A stretch of 64,000 nucleotides of DNA, from the NCBI RefSeq assembly GCF_016433145.1, contig NC_058132.1:249324074-249388073 (forward strand), given 5' to 3'. The DNA comes from Gracilinanus agilis. Taxonomy: Eukaryota. The position numbers and the translations under genes are program-made. Shown piece after piece: positions 26,263-38,165 of this stretch (positions are counted from its first letter, which is position 1; each line of letters opens with the position of its first letter). Under the pieces are notes generated by a model. It did not search any database, had not been told where the DNA came from, and was given only the letters and a program-made list of their open reading frames with translations.

Positions 26263-26531
26263 CAGCATGGTATTGCAAGATGAATAGCTCTTTTCCTATG
26301 GAACATGTCACACCCTCCCATCACTTATTTTGATCTATGGAGGACAAAGGTCCATACTAGGACAGTGCTAGGAGGTCTTTTTTATTCCATGGCTTGGCTG
26401 AATTATGAATAAAAAAGACCTCCTAGCACTGTCCTAATATGGACCTTTGTCCTCCATAGATCAAAATCTGTGATGGGAGGATGTGACATGTTCCATAGGA
26501 AAAGAGCTATTCATCTTGCAATACCATGCTG
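26263..26531. mobile_element. Palindromic Tc1/mariner-like MITE (269 bp, 125-bp TIRs, TA TSD)
   Basis: TA|CAGCATGGTATTGCAAG...CTTGCAATACCATGCTG|TA; 4 mismatches between arms; 19-nt spacer; reconstructed empty site CATATATATG. Confidence 0.8.
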
Positions 26532-28801
26532 TATATGCCATCCACAGGACACTAAATGGCATCAAGAAGAGCCTGAACCATATTTCTCTTAATGAGTCAT
26601 TCTTTTTTTTTTTAATAAATAAAACTCTTACCTTCTGTCTAGGAAACAATACTAAATATCAGTTTTAAGGCAGAAGGGCAGTAAGGACTAGGGAACGTGA
26701 CTTGTCCAGGGTTACACAGCTAGGAAGTATCTGAGGCCTAATTTGAACCCAGGAGTTTCCATCTCCAGGCCTGGTGCTCTATCTTCTTGATGAATATTAT
26801 GTAGATTTTAATTTATACTTTGTAACTATCTTCCTCACCTTGGTAGTAAGGAAAAGCCTACCTACTCCAATGCCCAATAGGAGACAAAAATCATAAATAT
26901 GTACTGATGCAAAAAATAAAAAACAAACCCTATGTCAATATTTACAACTATGTTTTTAGATAATTATTTTGTTTTATTAATTATCTAATAAGATATTAAT
27001 AGTTCAAACAAGAAATTAATGAAAATTACAAGCAGTAGGCTAGTTGCTGGGATACAAATATGTGACTCTACTCCCAGTTAGGCTAGATATTACCCTGAAA
27101 AATAGGCTTGTGATGCTGCATATGTACAGAAAGTCCTGGTTGACTGACATTCTTCTGAGAGAAAAGAGTAAAGAAAAAGAAAGAAGGCAATGTGTAAGCT
27201 CTGAAAAGTAAAGGGAAATTTTGAGTACCACAGGTGTTGGAAAACTGGCAGCTCAGTGCCCAGCTTGGATTCAGAAAGACCTGAGTTCAAAGCCAAACTC
27301 AAATACTTACTAGTTGTGACCCTGGGCAAGTCACTCAATTTTCCTTGGTTCCTTATCTGTAAGATAAACTATGGAAGGAAATGGCAAATTGCTCCAGTAT
27401 CTTTGTCAAGAAAACTCCAAATGGGATCATGAAACTGGAGATGACTACAGTGACTGAACAATAGCAATTCTTTTCCTGATTAAGCTAAAATTTCATTTCA
27501 CTCCAAGGTCTCAGAGCATTCTGCCTCTTGTGTATTCTATATTCCAAATTCACTGGTTTTCAACTACGTAGGTCCACAAACGGAACCCAGATCCTTTGAC
27601 TCACAATGCCAGGCTCTATTATACTATGCTCGGTCTCAAAAGTGGATTTTCAGGATTTAGATCAGGATTTCCAACCTTTGGGGAATTGTAATATTCTGTT
27701 GTTTTATTCCATGATCCTCTGCAGCTCCTCCACCTTCACTCTCGTGTTTGCTTTTAAAATTAAAATATGAATCATCTCATCTCCCAGGAGCTAATTCTTG
27801 TCCCCTTTTATGTAAGGAATTATTAGGAATGGGGACCCTAGGGCAAAAAAAAAATGGAATGAGAGAATATACAGAGGGTTTTTCCATCTATTTGCTATTA
27901 ACTAAACTGAGCTAGAAGGAATGTTTGAATTTCTTTAAGTCAGACAATGAACTTTCTAAAAATGCTCCTAAAAGAAAGCAATTATAATTTCAAATAAAAC
28001 ACAGACATGCACTACCAAAGGCCAAGAGAAAAATACCTGTCAAAAGGTCTTTGTTGAAATGAAGCCAAAATCTATTTTCAGACTTATATCAGTTACAGTC
28101 AGAGGTTTTGAAAGATATTTGTTGGAGCCAGAAATGTCTTTAAAACTCCAAATATGGTTGCAAATAAAGTTATTTTTAAATTTTAAAATAGAAAAATTTG
28201 AGCCAATCATGACAGTTCTCAATGTTTGAAACAGGTTTTTTCAAAATGGGAACTTCAGGGGAATTCCAAAGTTTTCAGGTTGAAAAGACTCTGAGCTCTG
28301 GATAACTATTTAGTGGTAGTTGGATGAAACGCAGTAGTCCTCAATAAAACTTTGTCTTCAACACTAATGGCTTTTCCTAATTAGTCTCAATAATATCTTA
28401 TCCCTCTCTCCCTCCCTCAATTCAGACTGTAGTCAAGAGTTCTCAATGATTGGCTTACTAGTTAACAGTAATGAAGCATCAATTGTATGTGGAATACTGG
28501 TTATCTCACCTAATATCTTCATTGCCATTCCATTGGTCATTTCTATGGCTTTCAAAAGTACACAGGCAGAGGCAGTGAGGTTGCACAATGGATAGACCAC
28601 CAGGCTTGGAGTTGGGGGAGCCTGGGTTCAAATCTGGTCTTAAACATTTCCTAGCTATGTGACCCTAGAAAATTCACTTAACCCCATTTGCCTAGCTCTT
28701 GCCTTTCTGTCCTAGAGTTATTGCTAGGGCAGAACATAAGAATTAAAAAGGAAAAAAAAAAGAAAAATACACAGGAGCTTTATTATGTATATAGATTATA
28801 C

Positions 28802-29049
28802 CCATGTTGGTAAACCTATGACATGTATGCTGGAGGGAGCTGCTCCTTCCCCTCTCCATGCATGCCTGAGGACATTTTTCACAAAACCCATCCATCTGTT
28901 GAGCAGTGTAACATGGAGATGGCAGGGTGGAATGCATGCTCCAATGGGAGCATTTCTTCCCTCCCCTGTCTGGGGTAAGGCAGAGAGCTCACATATGGCA
29001 TGAGGGTTGCAATTTGGGCACTTGGTCTCTAAAAGGTTCACCATCACTG
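28802..29049. mobile_element. hAT MITE, family D (hAT1-like TIR CAGTGATGGYGAACC)
   Basis: Ends CCATGTTGGTAAACCTATGACA / AAAAGGTTCACCATCACTG; TSD gattatac/ggctatac; internal ccttaccccagacag shared with 37849. Confidence 0.85.
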
Positions 29050-29869
29050 GGCTATACAGAGAAGCTACCACTATAATGAGGTCTTTTTTGATATCTCAAT
29101 CTAACTAAAATTCCTTCACTGAAATCCAAGGCAAACATCATTCTGTATCCCCCTCTTTGAGTAGTTATTGAGGTGTAGTATAAGGAATTTAGCATCATTC
29201 TCTACTATTGCATATAAAATCTTCTTTCTAGTGTTTTGTTGTTGTAGTTTGAGGGACAATACAGGAAAAGAGGTAGTTATGATTCACTGTATTTTTAAGG
29301 TTGGTTCAGTACTAGCTGAAAATGTTGGAATCAAGTTAAAACTTTTCTATATAAGAGGTATGTGAGTTGGCCAATGAATCAGATTAAGTGAAATTTTTCA
29401 ATATTCTCCAATTATTTTCAGTTGTACATTCATAGGCCAAGGGTTTCCAAACATGCTTATTAACATGTACAGCTATGGGGGCTATATATAGCTTCTTTTA
29501 TGTGTCAGCTAAGTGGCAAAGTACATAGAATGCTAAGCCAAGGAAGCCTGAATTCAAAACCAGTCTTAGACACTTATTGGCTATGTGACCCCGGATAAGT
29601 CACTTAACTTCCATTTGCCTTAATCAGCTGGGGAGGAAAATGGCAAACCATTCTAGTATCTTTGCCAAGAAATCTCCATATTGGTGGGCTATAGTCCACA
29701 GGGTCATAAAGAATTAGACATGACAGAATAGCTGAATAACAATAAACAGCTTCCATTAAAGAGTTTAGACAACCATTTTAATTTTTACCTTTCAGTTGAA
29801 TAAAATATTAGAAAACATAAAAGTACTATAAAATTTTATTATTTTGATTTAACAATTAGATTCCTCCCT

Positions 29870-30180
29870 CCATCGCATTATTTTTTTCCTTTTTTAAATT
29901 TAGAATATTTTCCCATGGTTACATGATTCATGATTCCCTCTGACCTCCCACTCTTTCCCCACCTCCTGGAGCTGACAAGTAGTTACACTGGGCTTTACAT
30001 GTATCATTGTTCAAAGCCTATTTCCATGCTATTCATATTTGCAGTAGAGCAATCTTTTAACACCAAAACCCCAATCATATCCCCATCAAACCATGTGACC
30101 GATCCTATGTTTTTCTTCTGCATTTCTGTTCCCACAGTTCTTTCTCTGGATGTGGATAGCGTTCTTTCTCATAAGTCATT
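29870..30180 (-). mobile_element. L1 3'UTR fragment
   Basis: Poly-T head plus ttcccatggttacatgattcatg...ctctggatgtggatagcgttc. Confidence 0.8.
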
Positions 30181-30799
30181 CAGTTTTAAAAAACTGAATA
30201 CATTGCCTCTCAGAGGGTTCCTACAAAAAAATTACTTTTTCACTGAAACGTTCTATCTCTCCTGTGGTTTAGCCAAGGATCTTCTAACGATATTAGCTAA
30301 ATCTCTTAAGACAGTTTGTATATCGAAATATAGCGAGTTTATGAGAATACAGAGAGGCAACATGGTTTCAGATCCTGGCAGGCAATTGAACTGAGTTCTA
30401 TTTACAATTACCAGTTCTTTGCCCAACCATTGGCAGTCTGGTTAAGGAGCCTGCCCAGAGTCACAAAGCAAGGATGTATCAGAGTCAGGACTTAAATGAA
30501 TGTCTTCCTGCCTGTGAAGCTGGCAGTCATAGGCTATGCAACATTGTCTCCTATATGTAAAAATATACTTACACACCCAAACACATATGTATACACATAA
30601 ATATATAAGCACACATCTGAATTTTATTTTGTGTATATGTATTTTTGGAGAGGAGGTGGGGCTTGACCTATGATTTCCTTCATTTAGGGAACTCCTGATG
30701 TGAAAAATCCCTCTACAAAGCAGGCTGGGAGGAAAATATAGTGCTTTAATGGCCACATGCTTCTCTTTTAAACAAAGCCCCATTTTTAAACACTAGCAT

Positions 30800-31420
30800 T
30801 TATCTCCTGATGCTGGATGCAAGACAGAATTTTAAGAGTGTCCAAAGAATTAAAGCTGTGGGCCACAGATGTGAAAGGAGAGTCACATGATGAGAATACG
30901 TAGTCTGTAACATATTTTCAGTGAAGAAATAAGAAGGAATATCATGAAGGATATCTTCACAGAGATATATGACAGGAAACGAAGGCAGGTTAGTCATATA
31001 GGGAACCTGAGGGATAATAAAAGGAGAGTCCAAAATGTCCATACCCTTTGATTCACAGTCCTCACACCTAGGCACCTCACATCTAGCCTGGGACAAAAAG
31101 AAAGTTCTCATGAACACTAAAATATTCATAGCATTTTTTGTCCTGACAAATAATGGTAAACAAAGGAGGGGCTCTTTGACTGAGGAATGACTAAACAAAT
31201 TATAGTACATCAATGTAACAGAATAGAGAAAAATGGGGAGTCTTAAACAAACTAATGCAAAAGGAAGTAAACAAAATCAGGAAGAGAAGAATATAGCCAA
31301 TGACTACAACAATGAAAATGAAAACTACCAAAACTGACAAATTGAATACCATATAATTTTAATGGCCAAGATGAGGGAGAGGAAGTAAGGTATTTAGAAA
31401 CAAAAATAACATAAAAACAA
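30800..31420 (+). mobile_element. Old L1 ORF2 end and 3'UTR fragment
   Basis: aaaatattcatagcattttttgtcctgacaaataatggtaaacaaagg...gaggaatgactaaacaaattatagtacatc. Confidence 0.65.
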
Positions 31421-34400
31421 AAGGTTTTTTGGTTGTTGTTTTTTAACTCTTATCTTCCATCTTAGAATCAACATTGTGTACTGGTCCCAAAGCAAAAGAA
31501 CAGTAAATAGGCTGGGGAATGGGGGTTAAGTGACTTGCTCAGGGTCACACAATTAGGAATTGTCTGTGATCAGATTTGATCCACCTCTTGTCTTTAGGCC
31601 TGACCTTCAATCCACAGAGACCACCTAGCTCTTCCCCAAAAGGTCATTTTTTTAATGAGAAAAAGATAATGAAATTAGCTTAAGGATAGCTTGTTGTGAT
31701 ATGGGATATACTTCTCTTATCTAGCTAGACTGCTTTCCTTAGGATGAATCCTAATGAGCTAACCCAGGTCTGAGAAATTGTAGCTGGACAGGATAGCTTA
31801 GAAATTTTAGAGGCTTATGGTCAAGGAGATTGCTTCTATCTCATTGTTCTGGTTCATTATTTCAGAATTTTTAAGTTCTGTTTTCCAAAGACCATAGGAC
31901 AAGGAATCAGAGAACCTAGATTCAAATTCCCATTTTGCCACTTTCTATTTATATACCTTGGGCAAGTTATTTAGCCTCTCTAGGCTGTGATTCTTCTTCT
32001 TTAAAGTGAGAATCTTAATACTTGAACTAATTGCCTCACAGAATCTCTCTGAGGACCAAATGATATCCTTTATACAAACACTTTAATTCATAAAGCAAAA
32101 CCCATATATTATTATTTCCCTGCCAAAAATACTTAAAATTCTTTCTTTTGGTGGTCTAGAAAGTGGGCATTGTCTTCTTGGTTCCATTTCACAGAATTTT
32201 TCTAATCTTTTAAGCCTCAGCTTTTTACTATATTGTCCATAATGCTTTTCCTGGTACCTCAGTCTTAGATTTTGTTAGGGAGTTCTTTGTTAGTATCATT
32301 TTATGATTCTTTGTGGAGCTGGGTAGATTTTTTGAGGGAAACAATTTTGCTTCCTACATCTCCCACTAAGGGCAATGTTTTTTACCAGTATAATGGTATA
32401 TGGGTTAATACTCCAAGCTTACTAATATGTTCACTTAATAGAGCATGAGTGAATGTACTTAGACATCTTAGCCTTGGCCTACCAGATTGCATACACTGTA
32501 CAAGAAAGATAGCATTTACCAATTCCAATGTCTCTCCAGCCTTTCCTCTTCTCAGTACTTTCTGGATTCCCTTTTCTTTTCTAAGGCTATAGATAGGCTA
32601 ATGATAACTTAGATCCTATTTAATTCTCTTAGCTCATATGCCCCCACCAACTTGAATCACACTCTCCTCTTCCCTGCTCATTGTAGCTTCCAAAGAATGC
32701 ATTCAATAGGTCAAACCCCATTTATGACAATAAAAGCAAATGTAAAGTGAAGAAGTGAGCATACTAATGTTCATTCTAGTTCATTCCATCTTGATGCTTC
32801 CATAGAAATTACTCTCAACTCCCAGCTTCTTACTACCTTTGCCCCAAACTTCCCTTCTTCTACAACTCCCAATTATTCTTGAGATTTCTATCTAGATTGC
32901 TTCTAAAAAGATAATATGCAATCATTGACTTAAAGTTAGGAAAGATCTGGGTTCAAATCCTGACTCTTTCCATTTTTAGCTGTCTGATCATGCTAAAGTC
33001 TCTATGCTTTCCTTTCCTCATCTACAAAATGGAAATGATACCTGTAGAACCTGTCTCATAAGCTTGTTACAAGGCTCTAATGAGATGATGTATGTAAAGC
33101 ACCAGCCTTAATAGGGCTAGACACCATCTATTATTATTATTATTATTGTCATTATTATATTGGATTATCCTGTCTCAAATCATTTACCATTTATCATTCT
33201 GGTAGTTGAATTTTTATAATTTTTTAACTGAACAGATTGCAAAACAGAATAAGAGAATGGACATTACTTTTAGGAAACTGAAAAGGAAGCAAGAAAAAAA
33301 TAATCCCTCTCAGAAAACCTCTCTCTGAAATGATTTTTATTTTTAGTTTTCTGGCACTGTTCCTTTTTTGATAAGAGACTTATTCAACATTACTACATTC
33401 AATAACATAAGGTTCTACATCAAAGACCATTAGAAACATCAGTGAATTATTTGAAAATGAACCTCATTTTCTATTTTCAAACTGTGATGTGGCTTGAGGC
33501 TTTTCAGATGGAAAAAAAAAGCCATGTTTAAAGGGTACAGCAGATGAGTCCAAGGCTAAGGGGAGGTCATTATCAGAGTGTGAGAATATCTCTCCCCAAG
33601 GTAAGATTCTGCCAAGCCATGTCTCTATTTTAGTTGTATCCCGTGAACCACTAGAAGGAAATAGCCTATAGCTAAAAAAGTGTAGGTGAGAATTGCGCTG
33701 TATGGAAAAAAGGTCAAATGAGAATCTAAACCTTATAAGGATATATCTGAGGGAGCATGAAACACACACTTCTATAAAATGGGTAAACTAAGGACAATGT
33801 AATTGATCCTCACTATAGGGAGGAATAGCAGCACCTTTGTTTCTTCACAGAGGAGCCTAGAGCTCTTATTCTACAATCCTCTCTCCTCCCCACATTGCAG
33901 GCATCTTTCCTGCTCCCGAACCTGTCTATCAGGGCACATAAAATAAATGATAAGCCAAAACTTCTTATAATTAACTACAACATTCTAATGTTGATTTTAG
34001 AAGACTGGATCTATGAAGAAGGGCTTGTAATCTCTTAAGTGAAAGGGAAAAAAGGGATTGAAATCAGCTTAATTTGCCCCTTGGATGGAGAAAAAAAGAT
34101 AGTGAACTGTTCTAATTGATATAAAATTCTAGCCAAAGCATTTCCATTAAACATTCTCTAATCTTTAAGGGACCCAGGATACCTCCTTGTCAAAAATATT
34201 CTTTGTCCTCATACTCAAACTCTACATGCATGTAGTTTCTATACAACAGGATGACTTAAAAGTCCATTTACCTACATATGTGTATGTAATATGTATTTGT
34301 ATGAGAGGTACTGTGGTAAGGTCGATAAAGAACTGGCTTTAGATTTATGAAGTCCTCCTCAAGACTAATATGTTGACTTTGTTACTCTGAACCCAGTTTC

Positions 34401-37400
34401 TGCCTCTCATTACTCAAATCAACTTATTTTTTTCTCTTTAAAACCTAACCTTCTTTTTGTCTTTGGAACACAGAAGAGCAATAAGGGCTAAGTAATGGGG
34501 GTTAAGTGACTTTGCCCAGGGTCACGCAACTAGGAAGTGTATGAGGTCATATTTGAACCTAAGAGCTCCTGGCTCTCGGCCTGGCTCTCTGTCCATTGCC
34601 ACCCAGCTGCCCCTCCTAGTCAACTCTTTAAGATTATGAGTGACAGGACTGGTGCTGGCTTACACTGACTGAGTTTCCTTATTCAGCATTCCTCTAAGTT
34701 CTGTCTTCACAGCTAGAAACTCTTTTTCACAATGCTGATCAACATGAGCCCTGCAACTTTTTGTCTTAGGGGATCTTACCTTACACACATACACAGATAC
34801 ACACAAACGCTCATACATGCACACACTCACTCAATTCATCCATCAAAAATTTAGATACTATACAATTTGTATCTGTACAAGTCTCAATCCTTATGTCTTC
34901 TCTTTATCCCTAGGCTGAAATAGTTTCCAAAAAAATAACTCATTCGTAAAAATATTTGGTTAGTACTTTCTTCCATGCTACAATCATCAGAAGACCTGAG
35001 TTCAAATTCTGTCTTTGTTATCTCCTACCATGTGGTCACACTGAGTCATTTGCTATACCTTCGTTTAGACATCAGTGAAATGAGAGATAGGACAAGATGG
35101 TTTCTAAAGTCCCTTCCAAGTCTACTTCCTATAATCTCATAAATTTAACTGATGATTTAATTCAGATTTTTTTTCTGGTATATCAATATAAAATGTACTT
35201 TTCCTTCTTTTTTAGACCTAGATGCCCTAACAGCATAAGGAATATTCTGCAAATCTTGTCTTTAACATTTTTAGCTATCTGATCATGCTAAAGCATTAAA
35301 TCTTTGTGTCTCCTTTTTTCCTAACCTACAAAATGTAGGTAACACTACTGTAACAATACCTGCCTCAGAAGGTTGTTTTGAGGCTCTAATGAGATGATGC
35401 ATGCAAAATGCCATCCCTAATAGGGCTAGATTTCATCTATTGTTATTGCCATTGTTGTTGTTACACTCAATTAGCCTGCCTCAAAACATTTACCATCTAT
35501 CAAAATAGTTTCAGAAAAGTAACTAAATAACTCAGGAGTCAATCAAATGACTTGGTTTCTTTAGTTGGAAGAGGAAAATCTTTGTTCTAATACCAGATAA
35601 TATAATTTCAGATCTAAATGTTCAGATGGCTTAAATGCAAAATGCATAAAATTTTTTTTTCTAAAATGTCTAGCGATACCACTGATTTAATCTGTATCTC
35701 AGGAAAGTGTCCAATTATGGTCCTTAAAATGTAGTTACTTGCTAGACAACAGGAAAAGTCCATAATATCAATGTTGTCCTGGTAAAACAAAGAATTTTTG
35801 ATAGCATATCTGACAAGTTTAACACAGATGTCGGTAACTAAAAGAAAAGACAGTCTCCAAGGTAAATACTATTGTGAAGTATTTTAGGATTTACTATGCC
35901 CTTATGTACAATTAGAAATAACAATTAAAAATTATTCACCTATTTTCCTGTGAGTGAATAAAGATGTTTCAAGTAACACACTCAAACAAGGAAATTTTAG
36001 TTAGGAAAGGAGGGGAAAATCCTGCAAAATAAATCAGGTATATAAGAAATCTGCAATTTTCTTTTCTTTCAAAGGAAAACAGAATATTTTGCTTATAGAT
36101 GTTGAAGGATAAAATCTATTTCTGAATGGATGTTAATTAAAATCTTTCTTTTAAGAATGATAACAATCTTTTATTTTTGCTTTATTTTTTACTCTCTTCT
36201 CAGACAAAAACTATCTTATTGACCAAAGTATTTGCTATATTTTGAGGAAAACCTCCAAAATTGCTTGGGGGAAAATGGAGGTGAAACCTCTAAATGAAAA
36301 GATGTCTGCAAATCTAATGATGTACTATTATATGTATAAGACATTACATAGGATTTAACTTTCCATTTCAGAAATGATAAGGACTTTAAAAACAGAGTTC
36401 AACCTTTCATATTCTGCCCAGAGGATTCCTCCTGGAAAGCCTTTACTCCTCTATCTGTGGGTGAAAGGGAGCTTTACCTGAGAAAAGGTAATCTGCAAGG
36501 CAGATAAACTGTCTTTCTGGTTTTCCTCAATTCTCAGTTTATTCCATTCATCTTTTTCTGTGATTGGGCTGAACAAAGAGATCACCATGACAATACTCTA
36601 CCACAAAAAAAAAAAAAAAAAAAAAACAATATTCCAAGGTCAAAGAAGATTGAGGCTTTGATTTCTGCTTTCCCTGGTCCATGCCAAGAGGTTACAGAAA
36701 TGAATCCCAGGTATGGAATATACTCCTTATCAGAACAAAAGGAACCTAGGCACTCAACAATAAGGAAATATGGCAACTATATTTGCATTTGTAAAAGTGA
36801 TTTCCTTCCTAAATAGGGCTTTGCAGTTGTGTGTGTGTATTTGTGTCAGATCAATTTGCTGGTGAGCCTGTTTTTAAATTTCAGTTCTGAATATCCTTTG
36901 AGATAAGTTTTCAATATCTACTGCATCAAAAATCAAAAGTTTTAAAAATTACATTTGAAAATTTGTTATGCCTATGTGACTAATAAAGTATCTGAAGATT
37001 CATGTTGGATTTGGCTTTGGTGTTCCCGATTTCATGTAAAGACAATTTTTAACATTCATTTTGTAAAATTTTGAGTTCTAAATTCTCTCCTTCCCTCATA
37101 CCCTTATCCCTTTCTTGAGAAGAAAAGCAATCTGACAAACATTATATATGTGAAAGTCATGCAAAACATTTCCATATTAGCCATGGTATGAAAGAAAACA
37201 GAGGCCAAAGGGAAAAAAAACACTCCAAGAAAATGAAGAAAGTTTTCTTTAAAGTATGCTTCAATCTGCATTCAGACTCCATTAGTTTTTTTCTGGATAT
37301 GGATAGCATTTTTTCCTCATAAATCATACAGAATCGTCTTGCATCATTGTGTTGCTGAGAATAGCTTTCATTCACAATTGATAATTACACAATATTGCTG

Positions 37401-37848
37401 CTGCTGGGTGCAATGTTCTCCTGGTTCTGCTCATTTCAATTTGTATCAGTGTCTATGTCTTTTCAGATTTTTCTGAAACCAGCCTGTTAATAATTTCTTA
37501 TAGCTCAACAACATTCCATCACACTCCTATATCACAACTTTCCACAATTGATTCCATGATTGATAGCCATCTCCTCGATTTCCAATTCTTTGCCACAAAA
37601 AAAGAGCTATTATAAATTTTGTTGTAAATAGAGGTACTTTTCCTTTTTAAAAAAATCTCTTTGGGATATAGAACTAGTAGAGGTATAGTTGGATCAAAAG
37701 CTCTTTGGATTCAATTCCAAATTATTTTTAATTTAAAGTAATTTAAAATATCAATTTTTTCCTGATTGTCTTTATCTCATCATAAATTCTTCCCTTATCC
37801 ATAGATCTAAAAGGTAAATTATTCTATGCCCCCCTAATTTGCTTAGGA

Positions 37849-38165
37849 CAATGATGGCAAATCATTTAGATGGAGTGCTGGGCTCTGCTCCCACCCCACC
37901 CCCCAGACTGAATGCTGTGCCCTCCCCAACAAGGACCAGGTGCCACACCACACCTCCTCAGAGACCAAATGCCCCACCCTGGCCCACCTCTCACCGCCAT
38001 GCCACCCTCCTTACCCCAGACAGAGGAAGAAGTGCTCTTCTAGGTCTGCTGGTCAGAGGGGCAGGTGAAGTCAGGAATGTCCTCAAAGTGCATGCATGAA
38101 GAGGGGGGAGGGGAACAGCTCCACCCTCAGTTCCTCTGGCTTTTTAGTAACAAACTCTGGCAGGG
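37849..38165. mobile_element. hAT MITE family D, GC-rich, right end deleted, nested in L1 ORF2
   Basis: Starts CAATGATGGCAAATCATTTAGA (decayed CAGTGATGGCGAACCTTTTAGA); shares ccttaccccagacag and aatgtcctc with 28802; no right TIR; L1 resumes at about 38175. Confidence 0.75.

Noticed and set aside
29930-30394. Longest ORF (154 aa)
   Set aside because: Antisense read of an L1 3'UTR plus flank; the same pattern gives ORFs at 552 and 1876.
37839-38099. Pro-rich GC-rich ORF resembling an exon or CpG island
   Set aside because: Explained by the hAT MITE starting at 37849.
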